Below, piece after piece: positions 18,836 through 28,585 of a stretch of DNA of 64,000 nt. The DNA comes from Marispirochaeta sp. (lineage in GTDB: Bacteria; Spirochaetota; Spirochaetia; JC444; Marispirochaetaceae), in assembly GCA_963676835.2 (NCBI GenBank), contig CAXXFF010000002.1, forward strand, positions 1,312,001 to 1,376,000. Direction: 5' to 3'. The translations under genes were made by a program, and so were the position numbers. Below the pieces are notes generated by a model. The model did no database searches, was not told where the DNA came from, and worked only from the letters and a program-made list of their open reading frames with translations. The stretch's first letter is position 1, and every line of letters starts with the position of its first letter.

Positions 18836-18851
18836 TGGCACGCCCCTTGCA
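18836..18851 (+). promoter_or_regulatory. Sigma-54 (-24/-12) promoter of the nifH operon
   Basis: TGGCACG-cccc-TTGCA, consensus match, preceded by an AT-rich tract. Confidence 0.9.
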
Positions 18852-18857
18852 GTATAG

Positions 18858-19730
<873 letters not shown>

Positions 19731-19748
19731 GTTCAGGGGAGGAGAGTT

Positions 19749-20081
19749 ATGGCGCAGATTTTAGTTAGATCAATTGTTCGTCCGGAAAAATCCCAGGAGG
19801 TTGTGGATGCCCTTCTGGAAGCGGGATATACCGCGGTAACCAAGGTTGATGTTGCAGGCCGCGGCCGTCAGCGTGGACTTAAAGTCGGTGAGGTTACCTA
19901 CGATGAGCTTCCCAAGACGATGCTCCTCACTGTAATTCCTGAAAAGGAAAAAGACATGGTACTGCGCACTGTAATGGAGAGTGCCAGGACCGGTGAAAGC
20001 GGAAACTACGGAGACGGTAAAGTCTTTGTTTCTCCCGTTGAACAGGTTTACACCATCAGCTCAGGCTTCCTGGAAGAGTAG
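19749..20081 (+). CDS. nifI1: PII-family nitrogenase regulator NifI1
   Basis: PII motifs VAGRGRQRG, YDELPK, GNYGDGKVFVSPV; located between nifH and nifD. Confidence 0.92.
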   Translation: MAQILVRSIVRPEKSQEVVDALLEAGYTAVTKVDVAGRGRQRGLKVGEVTYDELPKTMLLTVIPEKEKDMVLRTVMESARTGESGNYGDGKVFVSPVEQVYTISSGFLEE

Positions 20082-20092
20082 GAGCGCAGCTG

Positions 20093-20470
20093 ATGATGAA
20101 GGAAGTAATGGCTGTCATCAGAATGAACATGATGAACAAGACCAAAGTGGCCTTAAGTGATGCGGGGTTTTCCTCCTTCACCGCCACCGGCAGGGTGCTG
20201 GGACGCGGTAAAGGAATGGTGGATTATACCATTATGAAGGGAGCTGAAGAGGGATATCCCGAGGCTCTTGCTCAGTTAGGTGACGGTCCCAGAATGATTC
20301 CCAAAAGGATCATTACCCTGATCGTACCTGAAGAAAAGGCAAAACTGGCGGTTGATACCATTATTGGTGTTAATCAGACAGGTAAGCCCGGAGACGGTAA
20401 GATTTTTGTTCTGCCTGTTGCAGAGAGTCACCGTGTCAGGACCGGAGAATCGGGAGTCGCTGTACTTTAA
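20093..20470 (+). CDS. nifI2: PII-family nitrogenase regulator NifI2
   Basis: MKEVMAVIRMNMMNKTK, GRGKG, NQTGKPGDGKIFVLPV, RVRTGE. Confidence 0.92.
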   Translation: MMKEVMAVIRMNMMNKTKVALSDAGFSSFTATGRVLGRGKGMVDYTIMKGAEEGYPEALAQLGDGPRMIPKRIITLIVPEEKAKLAVDTIIGVNQTGKPGDGKIFVLPVAESHRVRTGESGVAVL

Positions 20471-20551
20471 CCGTACACGACAGAGTATTGTGCAGGCGGC
20501 TGCCGGATACCGGCAGGCCGCTTCCATTAGAGGGAAAGGAGCATAAGACCT

Positions 20552-22186
20552 ATGTCAGCTCAGAAATTTGATCATGATGCGTTTACCGCCGAGGTTACTG
20601 CAAAATATCCTCCCAAGGTAGCGCGTAAAAGAAAGAAGGCCATCGTTCCCAATACGGGCGATCCTGCAAACACCCCTGAGATTCAGGCCAACGTACGGAC
20701 CATCCCTGGCATAATCACCCAGCGTGGTTGTTCCTATGCCGGATGTAAGGGTGTAGTACTTGGGCCGACCAGGGACATTGTGAACATTACCCACGGACCT
20801 ATCGGTTGTGGATTCTACTCCTGGCTTACCCGGCGTAACCAGACAGCCCCTGAAGGGCCTGATGCGCCTAACTATATTCCGTACTGTTTTTCTACGGATA
20901 TGCAGGATTCAAACATCGTTTTCGGTGGTGAGAAGCTGCTGAAACAGGCGATTCAGGAAGCCTATGACCTGTTTCATCCCAAGGGAATTGCGATTTTCGC
21001 CACCTGTCCTGTTGGACTGATCGGTGACGATATCCATAACGTTGCCAAAGAGATGAAAGAGAAGTTCGGCGACTGTAACGTATTCGCCTTTTCCTGCGAA
21101 GGATACAAGGGTGTCAGTCAGTCTGCAGGTCACCACATTGCCAACAACCAGCTGTTCCGGCACCTGGTCGGAAACGACAGTACTCCTGTTGAAGGCAAGT
21201 TCATCATCAACCTGCTGGGTGAGTACAACATCGGTGGAGACGCCTTTGTTCTGGAAGAGCTGCTGGACCGCTGCGGGATTACCCTGAATGCGACCTTCTC
21301 CGGTAACTCTACCCTGAAGCAGTTTGAACAGAGTCATATGGCTGATCTGAACGCGATTATGTGTCACCGGTCCATCAACTATGTAGCGGAGATGATGGAG
21401 GAAAAATACGGTATTCCCTGGATAAAGGTTAACTTTATCGGTGCCGAATCTTCCGCCAAGTCCCTGCGCAAGATTGCCGAATACTTCGGTGATGCTGATC
21501 TCAGCGCCAGGGTTGAAGAGGTTATCGCCGAAGAGATGGCGGTAATTGAGCCCATAAAAGAGGCTGTGAAGCTGCGGAACCAGGGCAAGCTTGCCATGAT
21601 CTTCGTCGGCGGTTCACGGGCCCACCACTATCAGGATCTGTTCACCGAAATCGGCATGGATACAGTTGCTGCGGGTTACGAGTTTGCCCACCGGGATGAC
21701 TACGAGGGACGGAAGGTTATACCTAACATCAAGATTGATGCCGACTCCCGTAACATTGAGGAGCTCAAGGTCGAAAAAGACCCTGAAATGTTCAAACCCC
21801 GGAAGTCCGAAGCCGAAATGGCCGAGCTTGCTGCCAAGGGCTATGAGTTCAAGGACTACGAAGGAATGATGGCGCAGATGTCCGATAACAGTGTTGCCAT
21901 TGATGATATCAGCCACTACGAAATGGAAAAGGCTATTGAATACTACAAGCCCGCCATCTTCTGTGCCGGTATCAAGGAGAAATATGTAGTGCAGAAAATG
22001 GGTGTGCCCATGAAGCAGCTGCATAGTTATGACTACGGCGGACCTTTTGCAGGATTTGCGGGAGCAATCAACTTCTTCCGTGAAATCGATCGGGCTATCA
22101 ACAGCCGGGTATGGTCACTGATAGGTGCTCCCTGGGAGAAGGATCCTTCCCTCCGGGCCGCTTTCAACACTTACGTGGAGGATTAG
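20552..22186 (+). CDS. nifD: Nitrogenase MoFe protein alpha chain (group II, with insertion)
   Basis: RGCSYAGCKG, HGPIGC, TCPVGLIGDD, MCHRS and KQLHSYDY cofactor ligands; insertion containing DADSRNIEEL. Confidence 0.98.
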   Translation: MSAQKFDHDAFTAEVTAKYPPKVARKRKKAIVPNTGDPANTPEIQANVRTIPGIITQRGCSYAGCKGVVLGPTRDIVNITHGPIGCGFYSWLTRRNQTAPEGPDAPNYIPYCFSTDMQDSNIVFGGEKLLKQAIQEAYDLFHPKGIAIFATCPVGLIGDDIHNVAKEMKEKFGDCNVFAFSCEGYKGVSQSAGHHIANNQLFRHLVGNDSTPVEGKFIINLLGEYNIGGDAFVLEELLDRCGITLNATFSGNSTLKQFEQSHMADLNAIMCHRSINYVAEMMEEKYGIPWIKVNFIGAESSAKSLRKIAEYFGDADLSARVEEVIAEEMAVIEPIKEAVKLRNQGKLAMIFVGGSRAHHYQDLFTEIGMDTVAAGYEFAHRDDYEGRKVIPNIKIDADSRNIEELKVEKDPEMFKPRKSEAEMAELAAKGYEFKDYEGMMAQMSDNSVAIDDISHYEMEKAIEYYKPAIFCAGIKEKYVVQKMGVPMKQLHSYDYGGPFAGFAGAINFFREIDRAINSRVWSLIGAPWEKDPSLRAAFNTYVED

Positions 22187-22189
22187 ACC

Positions 22190-23566
22190 ATGTTATTACG
22201 ACACACACCGACAGAAATTGCTGAACGGAAAGCCCTTACTATAAATCCGGCAAAAACCTGCCAGCCCATTGGTGCCCTCTATGCGGCGCTGGGTGTTCAC
22301 GGCTGTCTTCCCCACAGCCACGGTTCCCAGGGGTGCTGTTCCTATCACCGGTCTACCCTGACCAGACACTACAAGGAACCTATTATGGCGGGAACCAGCT
22401 CCTTTACTGAAGGATCTTCGGTTTTCGGCGGACAGGCCAACCTGCTTACCGCACTGAACACCATGTTCAGTGTATATGAGCCGGAAGTTGTGGCGGTTCA
22501 CTCAACCTGTCTTTCAGAGACAATCGGTGACGACCTGCCCCAGATTATCAAAAAAGCCTTCGATGACGGAAAAATCCCGGAAGGTAAAAAGGTAATCTAT
22601 GCAAATACACCCTCCTATGTAGGGTCCCATGTAACCGGATTTGCCAACATGGTTGCCGGAATTGCCCGGGGATTTGCAGTAGATGCCGAAGAGAAGATGA
22701 ACCAGATCAACGTTATTCCCGGCTGGGTTGAGCCCAGCGATATGCGTGAGATCAAACGTCTTCTTAAAACCATGCAGGTTCCCGCGGTGGTTTTCCCCGA
22801 CACATCTGATGTCGTTGATGCCCCCATGACCGGCAAGGCTGTTATGTATCCCAAGGGCGGGACAACCCAGGAAGAGCTTGTTTCTACCGGTTCAAGCTTT
22901 ATGACCCTGGCGCTGGGACCATTTGCTTCCGAGACAGGTGCCCAGGAGCTGAAAAAGCAGTGCCGTGTTCCCTACGAAGTTATGGATCTGCCCATCGGTA
23001 TCCAGGCAACCGACCGCTTCCTGCTGAAGGTTTCCGAGCTTACGGGGCATCAGGTTCCCGAAAGCATCAGTGATGAACGGGGCCGTGCTGTGGATATCAT
23101 TACCGATATGCAGCAGTACTTTTCCGGCAAAAAGGTAGCCATTTTCGGTGATCCTGATCAGCTGGTATCCCTGACAGAGTTCCTGCTGGACCTTGATATG
23201 AAACCTGTTCATATCGTTTCCGGTACTCCCGGAAAGGCTTTCCAGGAGAGAATGTCTGAAGTTCTCGGAGAGAACGAAGCCAATGTACATAACGGTCAGC
23301 GGGCGGACATGTTCCTTCTGCACCAGCTTATCAAGAATGAGCCGGTGGACCTGATAATCGGTAACACCTACGGCAAGTATATTGCCCGGGATGAGGATAT
23401 CCCCTTTGTAAGAATGGGATTCCCGATCCTCGACCGTATCGGCCACAGCTACTTCCCCACCGTGGGATACGCCGGAGCCATGCGGCTGATGGAAAAGATT
23501 CTTGGAGTGATGATGGATCGGCAGGATCGTGACTCTTCCGAAGAAACTTTCGAACTGGTTATGTAG
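22190..23566 (+). CDS. nifK: Nitrogenase MoFe protein beta chain
   Basis: INPAKTCQPIGA, HGSQGCCSY, TCLSETIGDD, TPSYVGSH. Confidence 0.98.
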   Translation: MLLRHTPTEIAERKALTINPAKTCQPIGALYAALGVHGCLPHSHGSQGCCSYHRSTLTRHYKEPIMAGTSSFTEGSSVFGGQANLLTALNTMFSVYEPEVVAVHSTCLSETIGDDLPQIIKKAFDDGKIPEGKKVIYANTPSYVGSHVTGFANMVAGIARGFAVDAEEKMNQINVIPGWVEPSDMREIKRLLKTMQVPAVVFPDTSDVVDAPMTGKAVMYPKGGTTQEELVSTGSSFMTLALGPFASETGAQELKKQCRVPYEVMDLPIGIQATDRFLLKVSELTGHQVPESISDERGRAVDIITDMQQYFSGKKVAIFGDPDQLVSLTEFLLDLDMKPVHIVSGTPGKAFQERMSEVLGENEANVHNGQRADMFLLHQLIKNEPVDLIIGNTYGKYIARDEDIPFVRMGFPILDRIGHSYFPTVGYAGAMRLMEKILGVMMDRQDRDSSEETFELVM

Positions 23567-23623
23567 CAACTATTTGCACTTCTTTACAGAAGATGCAGCG
23601 ATGTTAGAGCGAGGTATTTAGAT

Positions 23624-25021
23624 ATGGGAACAATCCGGAGCAACGAAAGCAGTGCCCTTGTGAGTGGACGGGAACGCCAGGTTCTTACCGTCGGGAAGGA
23701 CAGACACTCAATGAAGTGTGAAGCTCCTTCAACAGCCGGCGCAGTAAGTCAGCGTGCCTGTGTATTCTGCGGCTCCCGGGTTGTTCTCTATCCTATAGCC
23801 GATGCTCTGCATCTTATCCATGGTCCCATCGGATGTGCCGCCTATACCTGGGACATCCGGGGGGCCAGGAGTTCCGGTCCCGAACTGCACAGACTGAGTT
23901 TCTGTACCGATCTGCGGGAAAAAGAGGTCATCTTTGGAGGGATGGACAAGCTTGAAGCCACCCTCAGGGAACTGATTCCCCGCTATGCCCCCAAGGCGGC
24001 CTTTGTGTATGCCACCTGTATTGTGGGAATTATCGGTGACGATGTGGAAGCTGTCTGCCGCAAGGTGGAGAAGAGTGTCGGAATTCCTGTAATTCCCGTA
24101 CATTCCGAAGGTTTCAAGGGTACTAAAAAAGACGGCTACAAGGCTGCGTGTACCGCTCTGGAACGGATTGTCGGAAGCAGCACTGCTGCTCCGGCTGAGG
24201 GAAATACCATCAATATAATGGGCGAGTTCAACCTTGCCGGGGAGACCTGGATAATCAAGGACTACTACCGCCGTATGGGTATTGATGTTGTCTCCGTCAT
24301 GACCGGCGACGGCCGGGTGGATGATATTGCCAGGGCACATACGGCCAAACTGAATCTGGTCCAGTGTTCCGGCTCTCTCACCTATCTGGCGAAACGGATG
24401 GAAGAGAAATATGAAACTCCCTTTAAACGGGTTTCCTATTTTGGACTTGAAGATACCGCAGCGGCCCTGTATGAGGTTGCAGACTTTTTCGGTGACGATG
24501 AAGTGCGGGCTAAAACTGCCGAGCTTATCCGCGAAGAAGTAACAAAAGCGGAAGCAAAGATGGCTGAATACCGGAAAGTACTGAAAGGTAAAAAGGCTGC
24601 CATCTATGTCGGCGGCGCCTTTAAAGCCTTTTCTCTGATCAAACAGCTCCGCCGTCTTGGCGTGGATGTTGTTCTGGTGGGCAGCCAGACCGGAGGACCT
24701 GAGGATTATGAGCGTCTTGCCTCAATGTGTCCTCCCGGAACGGTAATTGTGGATGATTCCAATCCGCTTGAGCTCTGCAAGTTCCTTATTGAGTCCGATG
24801 CCGACCTTTTGATCGGCGGTGTTAAGGAACGGCCCCTGGCGTACAAGCTGGGTATCGGTTTTTGTGATCATAACCACGAGCGGAAAATCCCTCTCGTCGG
24901 TTTCGAAGGTGCGGTGAACTTTGCCGCTGAAGTAGCCGGTTCGGTGAATACACCGGTATGGCGTTTTATCCGCTCCCGTTCCAGGAAGATGGAGCAGGTA
25001 AACGAGGAGGATCGGGCATGA
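23624..25021 (+). CDS. nifE: FeMo-cofactor scaffold NifE
   Basis: SQRACVFCGSR, HGPIGCAAYTWD, TCIVGIIGDD, LVQCSGS, CDHNHER. Confidence 0.95.
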   Translation: MGTIRSNESSALVSGRERQVLTVGKDRHSMKCEAPSTAGAVSQRACVFCGSRVVLYPIADALHLIHGPIGCAAYTWDIRGARSSGPELHRLSFCTDLREKEVIFGGMDKLEATLRELIPRYAPKAAFVYATCIVGIIGDDVEAVCRKVEKSVGIPVIPVHSEGFKGTKKDGYKAACTALERIVGSSTAAPAEGNTINIMGEFNLAGETWIIKDYYRRMGIDVVSVMTGDGRVDDIARAHTAKLNLVQCSGSLTYLAKRMEEKYETPFKRVSYFGLEDTAAALYEVADFFGDDEVRAKTAELIREEVTKAEAKMAEYRKVLKGKKAAIYVGGAFKAFSLIKQLRRLGVDVVLVGSQTGGPEDYERLASMCPPGTVIVDDSNPLELCKFLIESDADLLIGGVKERPLAYKLGIGFCDHNHERKIPLVGFEGAVNFAAEVAGSVNTPVWRFIRSRSRKMEQVNEEDRA

Positions 25022-26331
25022 CTGTAAACCCCTGCCGGCTCTGTGCACCCCTTGGTGCGGTAATGGTTTTTAAAGGTTTCCGCGGAATGATGCCGATTCT
25101 TCATGGCTCCCAGGGCTGTGCGACCTATATACGGCGCTATATGATCAGCCATTTTAGGGAACCAGTCGATGTAGCTTCGTCAAGTTTTACCGAAGAGACC
25201 GCCATCTTCGGAGGCCAGGCTCAGCTTGTCACAGCCCTGACCAATGTCAGGGAGAAGTACAACCCTGAAGTTGTCGGAATTGCATCTACCTGTCTATCAG
25301 AGACAATCGGGGATGATGTTAATCTCTTTATAAAAGATCTGGAAAAAGAGGGACTGCCCCTGGTTACGGTGTCCACACCCAGTTATCAGGGTTCTCATGT
25401 GGAAGGGTTCCGGGCAACCATTGCGGCTGTACTGAAACGCTTCCTGGGAAAATCTGCCCTGGCTCCGGTGAGCGATTCCTCCGACGGCCGCATACTGATG
25501 ATTCCCGGTATGGTCAGCCCTGCGGATATTCGTCACATGAAAGAGCTGGCACGGGCATTCGGACTGAACCCGGTGTTTGCTCCCGACTATTCGGACACCC
25601 TGGACGGCGGAAGCTGGGATGCCTATCACCCCATGGCTCCCGGCGGTACCGGAATCGAGGAACTGGGAAGCTTTGCCAAGGGATCCCCCTGGCTCTCAAT
25701 AGCTGCCGGTGGGCTTAAAAATGTTGCAGGAGAAGCTGCTGCATCAATTCTTGGTGCAGACGGTCATACCCTTGCGTATCCTATTGGTGTTGAAGCCACC
25801 GATGCTTTTATTTCAGCCCTCAGAAGCTATGCTGATCAGAGCATCCCCGAATGGATAGAAGAAGAGCGCGCCCGGCTTCTGGACAGCTATGCGGATTTTC
25901 ATAAATACCTGGCCGGGCTGAAGGTTGCGGTTGTAGCCGATTCCGATCTGGCAGACGGGCTGGTCCGTTTTCTGAAAGAAGTGGGAGTAAGCATCAGCTT
26001 TGCAGCGGTTCCCGATTCCGCCGATGCCCTGATCAAAAATCCTGCCAATGAGGGAGAGAGTATCTACGGCGGAGTTGATTACGACACTGTGGAAACCTAT
26101 CTGAAAGAGAAGGGAGCCGACCTGGTGATTGGTTCCAGCAAGGCATATCCCGCCTCGCGCAGGCTGGAAATTCCGCTTGTACGGGTTGGATTTCCTGTTC
26201 ACGACAGGGTTGGAGGCGCAAGAATCCTCCATCTTGGCTACCGCGGCACCCATCAGCTGCTGGATCAGCTGGTTAATACTGTTCTTGAAAAACGACAGGC
26301 AGAGTCCACCGTGGGCTACGCTTATCAATAA
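25018..26331 (+). CDS. nifN: FeMo-cofactor scaffold NifN
   Basis: MTVNPCRLCAPLGA, HGSQGCATY, TCLSETIGDD, GFPVHDR; ATGA overlap with nifE. Confidence 0.93.
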   Translation: MTVNPCRLCAPLGAVMVFKGFRGMMPILHGSQGCATYIRRYMISHFREPVDVASSSFTEETAIFGGQAQLVTALTNVREKYNPEVVGIASTCLSETIGDDVNLFIKDLEKEGLPLVTVSTPSYQGSHVEGFRATIAAVLKRFLGKSALAPVSDSSDGRILMIPGMVSPADIRHMKELARAFGLNPVFAPDYSDTLDGGSWDAYHPMAPGGTGIEELGSFAKGSPWLSIAAGGLKNVAGEAAASILGADGHTLAYPIGVEATDAFISALRSYADQSIPEWIEEERARLLDSYADFHKYLAGLKVAVVADSDLADGLVRFLKEVGVSISFAAVPDSADALIKNPANEGESIYGGVDYDTVETYLKEKGADLVIGSSKAYPASRRLEIPLVRVGFPVHDRVGGARILHLGYRGTHQLLDQLVNTVLEKRQAESTVGYAYQ

Positions 26332-26358
26332 TGTACGAAATAAACTGAGGAGAACCTT

Positions 26359-27606
26359 ATGAGCTATCCATTACCTGAACATGGCCATCCCTGTTTTGAC
26401 AAAGGATCCTGCGGAGTCTCGGCACGGGTACATCTTCCGGTAGCCCCGGAGTGCAATACCCAGTGCAACTTCTGCAACCGCAAATATGACTGCCCCAATG
26501 AGGGGCGTCCCGGAGTCAGCAGCTCAATCCTGCGCCCGGAAAATGCTGTGGCCTATCTCAAGCAGGTATACAAAGAGGTTCCCCTGGAAGTTGTCGGCAT
26601 AGCCGGCCCTGGAGATCCCCTGGCGAATCCTGAGAAGGTATTTAAAACCCTGGAGCTGGTTCGCGAAGCATATCCTGATGCGGCTTTCTGTATGGCCACC
26701 AATGGTATTGCCCTGCCGGATCATGTGGAAGATATAAAACGGGTAGGTGTCGGCTTTATGACAGTTACCATCAATGCGGCTACCCCCGAAACCGGAGCCA
26801 AGGTCTACCGCTGGGCCCGGTACAAGAAGAAGGTCCTTCGGGGGGAAGAGGGAGCCGCTAAAATCCTTGAGAATCAGCTGATGGGTATCCGTATGCTCAA
26901 GGCTGCGGGAATTACAGTCAAGGTTAATGTGGTAATGGTTCCCGGTGTCAACGATCACGAGATTGAGAGTATTGCAGAACTGGCCAGGCTGGTAGGTGCG
27001 GATGTAATGAATATTCTTCCCATGATGCCCGTCGAAGGTACCCCTTTCGGTGAGATCGAGCCGTCGTCCTCTGAAGAGGTGACAGCTGTGCGCAGTAAAG
27101 CCGGGGAGTATGTAAAACAGATTTCCCATTGTCAGCGCTGCCGTGCAGATGCTGTGGGAACCCTTACCAACGGTCTTTCGCCCGAGAAGGTCGCGGATAT
27201 GCTCAAGAAGGCTGCCAGGCCTGCAGAAAAGCGGACCAGGGTTGCCCTTACCAGTAGAGAGGGAGTTCTGGTTAATCAGCATCTTGGTGAAGCAGACCGC
27301 TTTCTGATTTATGAACTGAAAAATGATGAAGCAGTTCTGGTTGAAGAACGGCCTGCACCCGATTCAGGAACCGGAGATATCCGCTGGCGCACTATGTGCG
27401 AAACCCTGAGTGACTGCGGCTGGATAGCTGTTTCCGGCATCGGAGGAAAGCCGAAAGAGGTGCTGGAGGAGTCCGGGGTAATGCCTATTGTTATTTCCGG
27501 GATGGTTTCTGAAGTAGCCGAGAAGCTTTTGAAGGATGAGGATGTATCTCATCTGGCGGTCAACAACTTCAAATGTTCCGGTGGTAACGGACGCAGCTGC
27601 GCCTGA
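26359..27606 (+). CDS. nifB: Radical SAM FeMo-cofactor biosynthesis protein NifB with C-terminal NifX-like domain
   Basis: HPCF, HLPVAPECNTQCNFCNRKYDC, GIAGPGD, CQRCRADA, VNQHLGEA. Confidence 0.96.
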   Translation: MSYPLPEHGHPCFDKGSCGVSARVHLPVAPECNTQCNFCNRKYDCPNEGRPGVSSSILRPENAVAYLKQVYKEVPLEVVGIAGPGDPLANPEKVFKTLELVREAYPDAAFCMATNGIALPDHVEDIKRVGVGFMTVTINAATPETGAKVYRWARYKKKVLRGEEGAAKILENQLMGIRMLKAAGITVKVNVVMVPGVNDHEIESIAELARLVGADVMNILPMMPVEGTPFGEIEPSSSEEVTAVRSKAGEYVKQISHCQRCRADAVGTLTNGLSPEKVADMLKKAARPAEKRTRVALTSREGVLVNQHLGEADRFLIYELKNDEAVLVEERPAPDSGTGDIRWRTMCETLSDCGWIAVSGIGGKPKEVLEESGVMPIVISGMVSEVAEKLLKDEDVSHLAVNNFKCSGGNGRSCA

Positions 27607-27731
27607 TTACCTGATTAAAGTGTACAGGCTGACCATGGAGAATGCGCTGTGATCGGCTGGTAAATAGATAGAAGCACCTTTGGGTTTAGAGTGCATACAT
27701 AGTACTTAAAGGTGCCTTTAAGGAGAAATGG

Positions 27732-28040
27732 ATGGAGAAACCGGGAAAACACATTCTTGTCTGTGGAAGCTTCAGAGCTTCCGGTGAACCTCAGGGGGTA
27801 TGTCATAAAAAAGGCGCCCTCGGTCTTATTCCGTATATTGAATCTGAACTTGCTGACCGGGGGATGTCCGATGTGGTTGTATCCATGACCGGCTGTCTTA
27901 AGGTCTGCGACCGCGGTCCTGCCATGGTTGTGTATCCTGAGAATACCTGGTACGGCGGGGTGGAATCTGAGGATGATGTTGACGCCATCCTGGATGCTAT
28001 GGAAGAAGGTGAAGTAGCTACAGACTACGAAATGAGCTGA
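27732..28040 (+). CDS. Thioredoxin-like [2Fe-2S] ferredoxin
   Basis: HILVC…C…TGCLKVCDRGPAMVVYPENTWY; AAGGAG RBS. Confidence 0.9.
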   Translation: MEKPGKHILVCGSFRASGEPQGVCHKKGALGLIPYIESELADRGMSDVVVSMTGCLKVCDRGPAMVVYPENTWYGGVESEDDVDAILDAMEEGEVATDYEMS

Positions 28041-28073
28041 TCACCCGATCTGTCTCTTCATGGAGGCTTTCCT

Positions 28074-28517
28074 GTGCATATCAGAAATGCCCGTCCTGAA
28101 GATATCGGAGAGCTGGCCGAAATGCTCGGTCAGCTCTTTTCTATCGAAAAGGACTTTACTCCCCGGCCGGTGCTGCATGCCACCGCCTTGAGTATGATTC
28201 TCGATGACCTCTCATATCGCCTGGTGGTTGCCGCCGATCCGGATGACCATCCGGTTGGTATGTTTTCTCTGCATATTCTCATATCCACCGCAGAGGGAGG
28301 TCGTGTCGGACTGATTGAGGATGTTTTTGTCCGGGAAGACTATCGCAGGCGGAGTGTCGGCAGGGCCCTGATGAATGAGGCTGACCGGATTGTTAAACGA
28401 GAGGGGCTTATCCGGCTGCAGCTTCTGGCAGACAGAGATAACAGTCCCGCCCTGGACTTTTACGACCGCCTGGGCTGGAAGGAGACCTCCATGATAGCCC
28501 TGAAAAAAATGATGTAG
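28074..28517 (+). CDS. GNAT-family acetyltransferase
   Basis: IEDVFVREDYRRRSVGRALM motif A, NSPALDFYDRLGW motif B. Confidence 0.88.
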   Translation: MHIRNARPEDIGELAEMLGQLFSIEKDFTPRPVLHATALSMILDDLSYRLVVAADPDDHPVGMFSLHILISTAEGGRVGLIEDVFVREDYRRRSVGRALMNEADRIVKREGLIRLQLLADRDNSPALDFYDRLGWKETSMIALKKMM

Positions 28518-28585
28518 TTTTTTGTTTCTATTCTTCAGTTCCGTTTGAAGTTCCTCACCAGCTTTTATTATACTTCATTAGAGGA

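Noticed and set aside
20494..20524. GC-rich hairpin between nifI2 and nifD as an ncRNA or terminator
   Set aside because: No U tract; most simply an intercistronic stability/processing stem.
20552..23566. Alternative (V or Fe-only) nitrogenase
   Set aside because: No anfG/vnfG between D and K (3-bp gap); NifD has LHSYDY and the group II insertion; nifEN are present.
26329..26361. nifN-nifB fusion by readthrough (the genes are in the same frame)
   Set aside because: Two in-frame TAA stops and a separate GAGGAG RBS for nifB.
27672..27726. Alternative stems near the ferredoxin RBS as a riboswitch
   Set aside because: Short stems only; no recognisable aptamer consensus.
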